A DNA stretch of 64,000 nt from Candidatus Nomurabacteria bacterium (GCA_037130925.1 JBAXSC010000002.1:25185-89184), one strand, 5' to 3'; positions 28,589 through 37,089 are shown, counted from the first letter of the stretch. Notes: generated from the sequence alone by a model not told the origin. Made by a program: numbers and translations.

Positions 28589-29116
28589 ATGAAAATAAAA
28601 AATTCATTATTAATAATATTAATATCTGAAATTATAGTCTTTTCTATTATATTTTATATATTTAAAAATATCTTGTTCACATCAACTTTTGAAGCTATAT
28701 ATTTAGGATTATTAGTTTCTATATCTTCAGTTTCTATGCTCAGTTTGTCTTTTTGGTGTATTTTAAAAATATTTGAAAAACAACTAAAATATATTCAACC
28801 TGTAAATAATACTATTAAAAATAATGAAGAACTAGATAATAAAAAAACTCTTTTCAAAAGAAATTCTTTTCTTTCATTTATAACTTTTTGTATTATTGGG
28901 ATCACTTTGCTTTGTGCAGCAGTAATGATTAATGATTTTATATTATTAAATATTTTTAAAAATTCAAATTTTATAAAAATTATTATAAAAGGTAAAAATA
29001 ATACACCTGTACCTTTACATTTAATGACAGCTTTTTTTATGTCTTTATTTGAGTATAATTTTATATTAAAAAAATATATTATTCTACTTGGCAGAAAAAT
29101 TGGCTGGTCAATTTAA
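28589..29116 (+). CDS. Hypothetical polytopic membrane protein (175 aa)
   Basis: An ORF in extremely AT-rich DNA starting 8 nt after the tmRNA 3' end. Four to five hydrophobic helices. Confidence 0.45.
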   Translation: MKIKNSLLIILISEIIVFSIIFYIFKNILFTSTFEAIYLGLLVSISSVSMLSLSFWCILKIFEKQLKYIQPVNNTIKNNEELDNKKTLFKRNSFLSFITFCIIGITLLCAAVMINDFILLNIFKNSNFIKIIIKGKNNTPVPLHLMTAFFMSLFEYNFILKKYIILLGRKIGWSI

Positions 29117-29291
29117 AAAAATTACGTCTTTTTATTTTTTATCCCCTATATTATAAATAATTTTTAAGCTTATTTTATAATGGTTTATTATTATATTTTA
29201 TAAATACAAAACTCAATACTATTGACAAATAGTATATAATATGCTATATTTATATTGTTAAAAATTCATCAAAATCAAAACGTTCTTTTAT

Positions 29292-29510
29292 ATGAAAATT
29301 TCATTATCATTAGATTTAAGTAAAGTAATTAACTTTATGACAAAGCTTCTATTAGAAGCATTCGTTACTATTGCAGGTGTGGAAATTGCAAAAAGATTAG
29401 TCTTTAAATCCAAATCTGAAGTAATAACATATATTGCTTTATCTTTCATGATTTTTGTTACAATGTTATTCATTGTAAAAATTTGGAAAAATGTAGAATT
29501 TATTAAATAA
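29292..29510 (+). CDS. Small membrane protein (72 aa)
   Basis: Framed by promoter TTGACA(29222)-17-TATATT(29245) and the terminator at 29538. I prefer it to the antisense ORF 29288..29473. Confidence 0.5.
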   Translation: MKISLSLDLSKVINFMTKLLLEAFVTIAGVEIAKRLVFKSKSEVITYIALSFMIFVTMLFIVKIWKNVEFIK

Positions 29511-29537
29511 ACAATTTCTAATTTCTTCCATTTTATT

Positions 29538-29571
29538 AGAACGCTACAGATGTAGCGTTCTTTGTTTTTTT
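29538..29571 (+). terminator. Intrinsic terminator
   Basis: AGAACGCTACA-GA-TGTAGCGTTCT followed by TTGTTTTTTT. Confidence 0.75.
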
Positions 29572-29800
29572 ATATATAAATATTTAAATTCATCACCGAA
29601 TTCCCTACACCAACAATTTATACAACCAAATCAAAAAATTAAAAAAGAAAAATAAAAACAGGACCATGAACCATCTAAAAATATCAAAAGCTTTTTCCAT
29701 AATTTAAAGAAAATAAAATTGAGACTAGTATACTCAAAATTCAAAAAATCTCCAAAAAGACTTTTATTTGACTTTATGATATAATATACTCATTAAAACT

Positions 29801-30109
29801 ATGGAAAACATAAACAATTTAAATAATTCACAAGCTGCATTAGCGCAAAATAGTGGCGATAATTTACATGCAATAGCAGGGTTCGTAATTATAATTATAA
29901 TATTATTAGTCTGGAGTATGGTCTGGAAAGGATTTGCTCTATGGAAAGCTGCTAGAAATAGCAGTAAACCTTGGTTCATCATCTTATTAGTATTGAGTAC
30001 TCTAGGAATACTAGAAATACTTTATATATTCGTATTTAGTAAAATGGGTGAATCTAAAAAATGTGCATGTGGTAAAAATTCTACTTGCAAATGTAAAGAA
30101 ATTAAATAA
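29801..30109 (+). CDS. Small two-TM membrane protein with a Cys-rich C-terminal tail
   Basis: WKGFALWKAARNSSKPWFIILLVLSTLGILEILYIFVF resembles small CPR-type two-TM proteins. The tail is KKCACGKNSTCKCKEIK. A TGATATAAT promoter lies at 29777..29785. Confidence 0.55.
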   Translation: MENINNLNNSQAALAQNSGDNLHAIAGFVIIIIILLVWSMVWKGFALWKAARNSSKPWFIILLVLSTLGILEILYIFVFSKMGESKKCACGKNSTCKCKEIK

Positions 30110-30113
30110 CTAA

Positions 30114-30716
30114 ATGGCAATAAACAATAATTTTCCAAACTCATCAAATACTGGCGCGAATAATAATTCAGCAGGTACAAATCCTTTCTTCCAAAAAAGA
30201 AATTTAAATAAAGTTAGTATTAACAATCAAATACGTGCTTTTGAAATGCGTGTGATTGATCAAAATGGTAAAAATCTCGGCGTCATCAGTAAAGATGAAG
30301 CATTGAGATTAGCAAAAGAATGTGGACTAGATTTAATTGAAGTCTCTTCAACTGTAAATCCACCTATTTGTAAAATAGCTGATTACGGAAAGCACGCTTA
30401 CGAAATGAGTAAGAAGAAAAAAGAAGTAAAAGCAAAACAAGTAAACAGTGAGACAAAAAATATTCAAATGAGTGTGGAGATTGGCGAGAATGATCTAAAT
30501 GTAAAAGCAAAACGTGCTGCAGAATGGATCAAAGATGGCCACAGAGTTAAGATTGAACTTCAATTAAAAGGTCGTACAAAGTTCATGGAGGATGTATTTT
30601 TAAGAGAGAGACTTAATAGAATATTAGCGATAATCCCTTGTGAATACAAGATTGCTGAGCCAATAAAGAAAGCCGGAAACAAAGCATTTATCGTAGTACT
30701 TGAAAAAGTCAAATAA
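30114..30716 (+). CDS. infC: Translation initiation factor IF-3
   Basis: INNQIRAFEMRVIDQNGKNLGVISKDEALRLAKECGLDLIEVS...PPICKIADYGK... plus the C-domain. The N-terminal ~35 aa are low-complexity sequence. The true start may be the in-frame ATT at 30219. Confidence 0.9.
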   Translation: MAINNNFPNSSNTGANNNSAGTNPFFQKRNLNKVSINNQIRAFEMRVIDQNGKNLGVISKDEALRLAKECGLDLIEVSSTVNPPICKIADYGKHAYEMSKKKKEVKAKQVNSETKNIQMSVEIGENDLNVKAKRAAEWIKDGHRVKIELQLKGRTKFMEDVFLRERLNRILAIIPCEYKIAEPIKKAGNKAFIVVLEKVK

Positions 30717-30778
30717 TTGTGCTAAGATTTACTAACTAATCAAGGATTCTGGCACCCTGTGTCTCGAATTTTATTTTT

Positions 30779-30973
30779 ATGAAAACAAATAAATCATTAT
30801 TAAAAAGACTAAAAATCACAAAGACTGGAAAAGTTCTTGCAAGAAAGGCTGGTTTTAACCACTTTAATTCAAGACAAAGCAGAGTAAAACAGCTTGCTGG
30901 AAGAAAAATGAAGGAGTTTGTCATGACAAACAAAGCAAAAAGAAGATTTTTGCCTGGATTATTAACGAAGTAA
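30779..30973 (+). CDS. rpmI: 50S ribosomal protein L35
   Basis: MKTNKSLLKRLKITKTGKVLARKAGFNHF... Confidence 0.9.
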   Translation: MKTNKSLLKRLKITKTGKVLARKAGFNHFNSRQSRVKQLAGRKMKEFVMTNKAKRRFLPGLLTK

Positions 30974-30992
30974 TATTATATAAATTAAATAT

Positions 30993-31337
30993 ATGGCTAG
31001 AGTCAAAAGAAGTAAAATAGCAATGAAGCATCGCCGAAACGTTCTTAAAAGAGCGAAGGGTTATCAATTCGGTAGAAGTAAAAAAGAAGTTGAAGCAAAA
31101 GTTGCTTTAAGAAAGGCTGGTGCTCATGCTTTTGCACACAGAAAAGACAAGAAAAATGACATGAGAAGACTTTGGAATGTACGTATGAATGCGGCCCTAA
31201 GAGAATTAGGAACAACATACAGTAAATTCATAAATGCAGCTAAAGTTAAAAATATGATCTTAGACAGAAAAATCATGGCTGATCTAGCAGAAAATAATCC
31301 AGATGTATTTAAAAAAGTTGTTGAAACAGTAATGTAA
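30993..31337 (+). CDS. rplT: 50S ribosomal protein L20
   Basis: MARVKRSKIAMKHRRNVLKRAKGYQFGRS...AHAFAHRKDKKNDMRRLW..R.NAA.R. Confidence 0.95.
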   Translation: MARVKRSKIAMKHRRNVLKRAKGYQFGRSKKEVEAKVALRKAGAHAFAHRKDKKNDMRRLWNVRMNAALRELGTTYSKFINAAKVKNMILDRKIMADLAENNPDVFKKVVETVM

Positions 31338-31350
31338 TTCAAATATTTAA

Positions 31351-31376
31351 AAACCCGATCAATCGATCGGGTTTTT
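31351..31376. terminator. Intrinsic terminator after rplT (bidirectional, shared with the convergent gene 31387..32304)
   Basis: AAACCCGATC-AATC-GATCGGGTTT. Confidence 0.75.
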
Positions 31377-31386
31377 AAATTGATTA

Positions 31387-32304
31387 TTATTTTTCTTCCT
31401 TTAAGAAATTTGGATACTCATTTTTATAAAATTCTAAAGAGTTTTCTTTTTGCTTTATTGAAAAGTTAATCAAATTCAATAATTGCATATCATTCTCTGA
31501 ATTTTCAAGACCTTGTAAATTATCCAAATAGACCTCTTTATTACCAACAATATTACCTTCCATGTTATATACAATATCAGCTTTGATAGCTGGATCAAAT
31601 TGATACTCTCCAAGAGATTGTTCTTGTTCTGAAATTTTCTGTTTCAATGATTCTAATTCTCCCGCATGATCACCTTTTTTGTTTAAATCATTAAATTGAT
31701 CAACCATTTTTCTTAGCTCTTGAGTTCTTTGAGAAAAAATCACCTTTCCAGACTTTTCAGATCTACTAACAACTTCTTGTCCTATTGGATTTGAAGCAAT
31801 AGAATCTTTCCATTTATTTAAATCTCCTAAAAGTTTCTCTAAAGTCTTTGCACTTTTTATAATATCTTCTTTTGAACCAGCAGTTTCAGCAAGAGATTCT
31901 GCATATGTTAGATTTTCTTTTGGCTTTGATTCTGTTTTTTCTGATTTAGAAACAACCTCCTTCTCAGGAATATTCTCTTTTATTTCTTCTTTTTCAAATT
32001 CTTGCTTTTCAGAAATCTTTTGCACACTTTCTTCTTTAGGTTTTAAATCATATTTAGCGGCAAGCTCAGCCATTCTTTTTTCTTTTTCCTTTTCTGTTTT
32101 TTGTGACTCAAGATTTTCTAAATAAGCTTTATCTTTATTATCTCTATCTTCAATTCTTTGATTTTCTGATTCTTTAAATCCTTCAGTATCTCTTATTTGA
32201 TCAAAGACACCTTTTGCGGCATCTTTACCATATTTTTTAGAAATATCTTTTATATCACTTTTCATTTCGTCTCTGTTAAATTTTGGGACTGATCCTAATG
32301 TCAT
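31387..32304 (-). CDS. Hypothetical charged/coiled-coil protein (305 aa) with an N-terminal PKFNR motif
   Basis: A K/E-rich ORF. N-terminus MTLGSVPKFNRDEM. Confidence 0.5.
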   Translation of the reverse strand: MTLGSVPKFNRDEMKSDIKDISKKYGKDAAKGVFDQIRDTEGFKESENQRIEDRDNKDKAYLENLESQKTEKEKEKRMAELAAKYDLKPKEESVQKISEKQEFEKEEIKENIPEKEVVSKSEKTESKPKENLTYAESLAETAGSKEDIIKSAKTLEKLLGDLNKWKDSIASNPIGQEVVSRSEKSGKVIFSQRTQELRKMVDQFNDLNKKGDHAGELESLKQKISEQEQSLGEYQFDPAIKADIVYNMEGNIVGNKEVYLDNLQGLENSENDMQLLNLINFSIKQKENSLEFYKNEYPNFLKEEK

Positions 32305-32361
32305 ATTTTTATTTATATTCAGTTTTTATAATATTTTAATTATCTCAAACTCAAATAAAAA

Positions 32362-32390
32362 AACAACTTTACAAAATTTATAAAGTTGTT
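32362..32390. terminator. Intrinsic terminator after 32410..33189
   Basis: AACAACTTTA...TAAAGTTGTT stem. The minus strand is followed by TTTTTTTATTT. Confidence 0.65.
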
Positions 32391-32409
32391 GTTTTAATAA
32401 ACTTAAATT

Positions 32410-33189
32410 CTAACTTCTCCATGGATAAGGTTTTAATACTGAAACTATTCTTTTTGAAAAATTTGGTGTTAATACATTAAAAAATACATACCTCTCAGAA
32501 TATTCCAAAGGAAGAAGTAAAAAATTACCAGGTTTTTCTAAAAATCCTAAAGAATCCTCCATGAGACATCTGCCCTCTTCTGCTTCGCATGAAATTTTAA
32601 ACATGAGCCCTTCTCTAAAATTTGTTTTTATTAAATCAAAATCCGGAGAATTTTCTGTTCTTTTAACTAAGTCATCCATAGCAATATCAAAAGCTTGTTC
32701 AGGAATTAAAGAATCAAAATTCTCTAAAACTTCCTTATTAGCTTTTGGTCTGGACATTAAGACGTCCTCTTCCCAATTTAATAAAAGTAATTCTTTTATA
32801 CCGACACTTAAATCTTTTAACATATTTATATACTTTTTAGATATTTCTTTATCTACAATTCCCTTTTCTATAAAAGAGTCATTGAAAGTAATAAACCAAT
32901 TAAGACTTACATTGTTAGTTTTAAAAGCTTTAATTATTTTTGGAATCTGAAAATCAAAAAGATCTAATTCTGTCTTAAGAGGTTCAAATTTATTTCCTTG
33001 ATTCTTAAAACGATCTTCGAGACCTTTTGTTAAACACCATTGCGTTAAGATTTCTACAGGTTTACCATAGAGAATACATTCATCAATATAAGATTCTACC
33101 CATTCATCAATTTTTTGATTATTTTGACGAATTAGTTTTGCTTCTTGTCTCATAAAAGACATTAAATTTCTAGTTACGATCTGTTTCAT
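32410..33189 (-). CDS. Hypothetical protein (259 aa)
   Basis: The track ORF (to 33492) runs through tRNA-His. I trimmed it to the ATG at 33189, which is preceded by a strong RBS (AAAAGGAGGTCTAAAATG). I recognise no family. Confidence 0.6.
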   Translation of the reverse strand: MKQIVTRNLMSFMRQEAKLIRQNNQKIDEWVESYIDECILYGKPVEILTQWCLTKGLEDRFKNQGNKFEPLKTELDLFDFQIPKIIKAFKTNNVSLNWFITFNDSFIEKGIVDKEISKKYINMLKDLSVGIKELLLLNWEEDVLMSRPKANKEVLENFDSLIPEQAFDIAMDDLVKRTENSPDFDLIKTNFREGLMFKISCEAEEGRCLMEDSLGFLEKPGNFLLLPLEYSERYVFFNVLTPNFSKRIVSVLKPYPWRS

Positions 33190-33341
33190 TTTAGACCTCC
33201 TTTTTTGTTTTAGTTTATAATATTTTTTTAAAAGAACAATTTTAATCAACCTAATAAATTTATTAAGTCGATTAATAATATTCTCTTTTTTATTTCTTTT
33301 TTTATAACTCATATATTTCTTAAGTAAATAAATTTTACTTG

Positions 33342-33414
33342 GGTCCATGAAGGGAATCGAACCCTCAACCACTCGCTTCACAAACGAGTGCTCTACCTTT
33401 GAGCTACATGAACC
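33342..33414 (-). tRNA. tRNA-His (anticodon GTG) with genomically encoded G-1
   Basis: The minus strand reads G-GTTCATG-TA-GCTC-AAAGGTA-GAGC-A-CTCGT-TTGTGAA-GCGAG-TGGTT-GAGGG-TTCGATT-CCCTT-CATGGAC-C. This gives a full cloverleaf with G-1 opposite C73. The 3' CCA is not encoded (CAA follows). Confidence 0.9.
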
Positions 33415-33722
33415 ATACAAAGGAGGAAGGGTAAAAATGTGTTTACCCATACCTCCTAATGAACTCCCGAAAGAACGTTTTTTAAATTTCATAAAAAAAT
33501 ATTTATTAAATTAAAATAAAACCCTCCAAATAAGGAGGGGTTTATTTTTCATAAATAAAATATTTATTAAAAGTTATCAAAAACAAAACTCTCCTTATTT
33601 AAAGAAGTGATATGATGGGCAACTGTTGAGATTGTCATCAAATTATTATTTTGTTTTTGATATACAGATTTCATGTCTTTATATTTTTTGAATATATCAC
33701 ACCAGATATATAAATGCAAATT

Positions 33723-34331
33723 TTATACTTTCGCTTTCAATTCTTCTACCATGTTCACATCTCCCATTTCTCTTCTGTCTTTATTCTCTTTTACTAAAGT
33801 AATCAACTTTTCAATAAGTCTTTTAGGATTTGAATCGAAAATAACGTTAGGATTTGTACGGTTACTATTCCTTATAATATCGCGTATAACGGCGTCAGTT
33901 GGCCAAGGCCCCTCCAAAATACCAACAGGCATATTTGACTCAAAAGCCACTGTAAACTCGTGAATTGTGCCAATTCTACCACATCCGATGATCATAGCGT
34001 CAGAGCTCTTTGTAAGAACAATGTCTCTGATTGGGAAACCAAATCCAGTAAACACTATCACATCACAAGAGTCTAAAGGTAAAAGATAAAGATCTGTATG
34101 CTCTTTTTCATTTGCTGCAGGAGAAAATCCTAAAGAAAAAGGACCTTTCTCTTCTTTATATCCTTGTGTCGCAGCATGAGGGAATCCACTGGTTGCCCCT
34201 GTCGCTATCACACAATTTTGTCTCGCTATCTCACGACCAACTTCTTTTGATATATTCAAAGACTCTGGACCGCAATGTGCTACTTCTGCAGCCCCAGAAA
34301 CTGATATAACTATTTTCTTTTCATAATCCAT
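33723..34331 (-). CDS. LOG/SLOG-superfamily Rossmann-fold protein (TIGR00725-like)
   Basis: KIVISVSGAA...VGREIARQNCVIATGATSGFPHAATQGY...DAMIIGCGRIGTIHEF matches the TIGR00725/LOG pattern as I remember it. Confidence 0.55.
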   Translation of the reverse strand: MDYEKKIVISVSGAAEVAHCGPESLNISKEVGREIARQNCVIATGATSGFPHAATQGYKEEKGPFSLGFSPAANEKEHTDLYLLPLDSCDVIVFTGFGFPIRDIVLTKSSDAMIIGCGRIGTIHEFTVAFESNMPVGILEGPWPTDAVIRDIIRNSNRTNPNVIFDSNPKRLIEKLITLVKENKDRREMGDVNMVEELKAKV

Positions 34332-34364
34332 AAATGTTTTTATTTTTCTAAAATTATAACATGA

Positions 34365-35747
34365 CTAAATTTCTATATCTATAGCTTGTCCGAATTGAGG
34401 AACTTCAACTGGTAAATGATAAAATTCTACTAATCTTTGTGCTAAGAAAGTTTGAGATCTTGGCTCACCAAGAACAACAAAAGCTTTTTTAAGTGACTCA
34501 TGCATCTCAGCTGCAAATTCTTGCAATCCTGTAGAATCCTTATGTGCTGAGAATCCAGATATTTCTACAACTTCTGCATTAACTTGCACCCTCTCACCAC
34601 GAATATAAATTTCTTTCATACCATCTTGTAATTTTCTACCCATAGTCCCTGCCGCTTGATATCCTACTAATAACAAAGTACTTTTCGGATCAGGGAGATA
34701 TCTGGCTTCATGATGAACTATTCTTCCCCCATTACTCATTCCGGATCCAGCTAAAATAATTTTTGGATTTGGTGCAAAATTTATAGCTTTAGAATCTTCT
34801 GCTGTATTTGAAATCACGAGACCTGCAAAAGAAAAAATATCTTCACCTTTTTTTACAAGACTCTCAATATTTTCATTAAAATCTTTTTCATATTTTTTAT
34901 AAACTTTTGTAATATTTATTCCAAGTGGAGAATCTAAATATACAGGCACAAGTGGAATTTCTTTATGTTCAACCATTTCATTAAAAATGAAAATTAATTC
35001 TTGTGTTCTTTCAATAGAAAAAGCAGGTATCATCAATACTCCCCTTTTCGCAATAGTTTTTTTAATTGTATCTTTTAATATCTGAACTCTATCATTTACA
35101 TGATCATGATTTCTATCTCCATAAACACTTTCCATAATCAAATATGTCACACCTGGAACTTTCTCAGTATTCTTTAAAAGTGGAGATGGTGAATTACCAA
35201 GATCTCCAGTAAACATAATTCTTTCTCCTTTTATATCAAAGACGACCATACAACTTCCCAGAATATGCCCTGAATCAAAAAGAGTAACTTTTATTTCACC
35301 AATACTAGAATCTCCAGAATCGATAGAAAACGGAGCATGATATTTTAAAGTCTTCCAAAATGTCATCGCATGGTCTATATCTTCAATACTATAAATTGGA
35401 AGCAAGCCCTCCCTCTGTGCTTCTCTAGTCAAAATTCCAACAGAGTCACGCAAAACTAATTCTCCGATATCATGTGTCGCATCTGTAGAATAAATTGTCC
35501 CTTCAAATCCTTCTTTGGTTAATTTTGGAATTCTTCCAACATGATCCAAATGTCCGTGGGTAATAAAAAGAAAATCTATATTTTTAGGTGAATAAGAAAA
35601 ATTTTCTCTATTTTCATTTTCAGCAAGTTTCTCTCCTTGGAAGAGTCCACAGTCTATTAATATTTTTTTATTTCCAACTTCTAGTAAAAAATTCGATCCT
35701 GTCGCTGTACCAGCACCACCTGCAAAAGTTATTTTTATTTTAGACAT
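34365..35747 (-). CDS. MBL-fold beta-CASP family ribonuclease (CPSF/RNase J-related)
   Basis: 460 aa. ILIDCGLFQG, FITHGHLDHVGRIP (HxHxDH), later D/H motifs, and C-terminal GFSAHKD. A TGTTATAAT promoter lies at 35774..35782. Confidence 0.8.
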   Translation of the reverse strand: MSKIKITFAGGAGTATGSNFLLEVGNKKILIDCGLFQGEKLAENENRENFSYSPKNIDFLFITHGHLDHVGRIPKLTKEGFEGTIYSTDATHDIGELVLRDSVGILTREAQREGLLPIYSIEDIDHAMTFWKTLKYHAPFSIDSGDSSIGEIKVTLFDSGHILGSCMVVFDIKGERIMFTGDLGNSPSPLLKNTEKVPGVTYLIMESVYGDRNHDHVNDRVQILKDTIKKTIAKRGVLMIPAFSIERTQELIFIFNEMVEHKEIPLVPVYLDSPLGINITKVYKKYEKDFNENIESLVKKGEDIFSFAGLVISNTAEDSKAINFAPNPKIILAGSGMSNGGRIVHHEARYLPDPKSTLLLVGYQAAGTMGRKLQDGMKEIYIRGERVQVNAEVVEISGFSAHKDSTGLQEFAAEMHESLKKAFVVLGEPRSQTFLAQRLVEFYHLPVEVPQFGQAIDIEI

Positions 35748-35872
35748 AATAGATATTATAATTTTATATTCAAATTATAACATTTATAATATACATAAAT
35801 AGTTTTGAAAATTTTGTCGGGACCTTTTAGAGTTAAGAAATTTGAAAAAATATTTTTATATTTTAAATAAGG

Positions 35873-36046
35873 TAAAATAAAAACTCCACAAAATATTGTG
35901 AAGTTTTTATTAGGACACTTAATGCGTATCTACCTTTAATAAAATTATTAAAGTGGGTAGGTAACGGTCAAGCTCACAGGCATGACTACAATGCACCATG
36001 ACCCGAAAAGATACTTATGAAAGATAAATTAACATTAAGTATCCTG
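35873..36046 (-). ncRNA. Stand-alone structured small RNA of unknown class (~170 nt)
   Basis: Promoter TTGCAA (36074-79), a 16-nt spacer, then TAGAAT (36052-57). The predicted +1 falls at the first base of a 13-bp closing stem (36033-45 pairs with 35912-24). Nested helices lie inside. The terminal hairpin 35883-35904 is followed by UUUUUAUUUU. Two mismatches become G-U pairs only on the minus strand. Confidence 0.6.
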
Positions 36047-36162
36047 ATATAATTCTATTATTTCTATTATTTTTTGCAACTATTTACAAAAAATATTTTA
36101 ATAACTAAAAGACAGAATACATTTGAAAAATAAGGATGAAAAATTAAATCCTATCTGTGGAT

Positions 36163-36777
36163 TTATCCTACAAATCCATCAAGATCTAAATCGTAAAGCA
36201 TTTTTTCATTTATACTTTTCCAATTTATAATTTCTTCTTTATTAAACCAAACATTTATTTCTCTTTCAGCAGCTTCAGGACCGTCAGCAGGATCTGTACA
36301 GTGAATAAGATTTCTTACCGCACGTCCTCCATCAGTATCACAAAGCATATATGTTTCTAGACTATAATCCCCTCTGATTGTTCCTGTATCTGCAGTAGCC
36401 GGCTCAGTACTTCCTACTAATCTTTTTACAACAGCTTGAGCTTTATTTCCTTCTAACACTAAAACAACAACTGGTGAACATCTCATATATTCTACAAGAC
36501 CTCTCAAAATATCTTTTCCATATTCAAGAGCTGTTTTTTCAATAGGAAGACCTAACTCTTTTCTATTTTTAATAACATTGTTCTCGCCTTTACTTATCAT
36601 CCAAGCATCATCTTTATTATAATGTTTAAGACATAATTCCTCTGTTGGTAAAACCATTTTCATAGCAACAATTTTAAGTCCTATGTTCTCAAATTTTTTT
36701 ATTATCTCCCCCACTAGTCCACGCTGAATTGCGTCTGGCTTCAAAATAACAAATGTTTTTTCTTTTTTTGGATGCAT
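36163..36777 (-). CDS. ndk: Nucleoside-diphosphate kinase (long form with an internal insertion)
   Basis: KTFVILKPDAIQRGLVGEIIKKFE..GLKIVAMK...VVVLVLEG..AV...R.LVG.T.P..A..GTIRGDY...RNLIHCTD (active-site His). Start set to the ATG at 36777; the 26-codon upstream extension in the track is unlikely to be translated. Confidence 0.85.
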   Translation of the reverse strand: MHPKKEKTFVILKPDAIQRGLVGEIIKKFENIGLKIVAMKMVLPTEELCLKHYNKDDAWMISKGENNVIKNRKELGLPIEKTALEYGKDILRGLVEYMRCSPVVVLVLEGNKAQAVVKRLVGSTEPATADTGTIRGDYSLETYMLCDTDGGRAVRNLIHCTDPADGPEAAEREINVWFNKEEIINWKSINEKMLYDLDLDGFVG

Positions 36778-36882
36778 ATTTTTATTTATATTTAATAATT
36801 TATTAGTGACAAAATTATAGCAAATTAAGCATATTTCGTAAAATAACAAAACCACGATTTCTCGTGGTTTTGTTAAAGATTA

Positions 36883-37089
36883 TTATCTTGCTACATAAGG
36901 CATAAGCCCCATAAATCTTGCTCTCTTGATAGCGTTAGCTAGAGCGCGTTGATTTTTAGCAGATAAAGATGTTTTTCTTCTATTTAAAATTCTTCCGTGA
37001 GGATTAATAAATTTAGATAAAACATCAATACTTTTATAATCTATATTTACATTATTTTCTTTGAAATAATCTTGTTTTTTGTTTTTCAT
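36883..37089 (-). CDS. rpsR: 30S ribosomal protein S18
   Basis: ...[50 protein letters not shown]. Confidence 0.92.
   Translation of the reverse strand: MKNKKQDYFKENNVNIDYKSIDVLSKFINPHGRILNRRKTSLSAKNQRALANAIKRARFMGLMPYVAR

Noticed and set aside
29288-29473. A minus-strand 61-aa ORF antisense to 29292..29510.
   Set aside because: The plus-strand ORF is framed by a consensus promoter and an intrinsic terminator in the correct orientation. The minus-strand ORF has neither.
28582-29800. A genomic island or prophage remnant integrated at the tmRNA 3' end.
   Set aside because: I found no integrase or recombinase and no direct repeat of the tmRNA 3' terminus (GTTCAACTCCCCCCACTTCC) downstream. The region holds only small membrane-protein ORFs, so there is not enough evidence.
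33190-33492. The 5' 101 codons of track ORF 32410..33492 (MKFKKRSFGSSLGG...).
   Set aside because: This stretch runs straight through tRNA-His (33342..33414) and the GC-rich hairpin. A strong RBS (AGGAGG) precedes the internal ATG at 33189, so the CDS was trimmed.
33567-33674. A 35-codon minus-strand ORF (MKSVYQKQNNNLMTISTVAHHITSLNKESFVFDNF) between the LOG-like gene and tRNA-His.
   Set aside because: It is too short, has no recognisable RBS or promoter, and matches no family. It cannot be supported.
35873-36046. Identification of the structured sRNA as a TPP riboswitch, SRP (4.5S) RNA or RNase P RNA.
   Set aside because: GGUGC and CUGUGAG resemble TPP elements only superficially, and the conserved ACCUGAUCUGGAUAAUGCCAGCG arm is absent. 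There is no GGAA/AGCA SRP domain IV motif and no GAGGAAAGUCC RNase P motif. The RNA also has its own promoter and terminator, and the downstream gene has a separate promoter.
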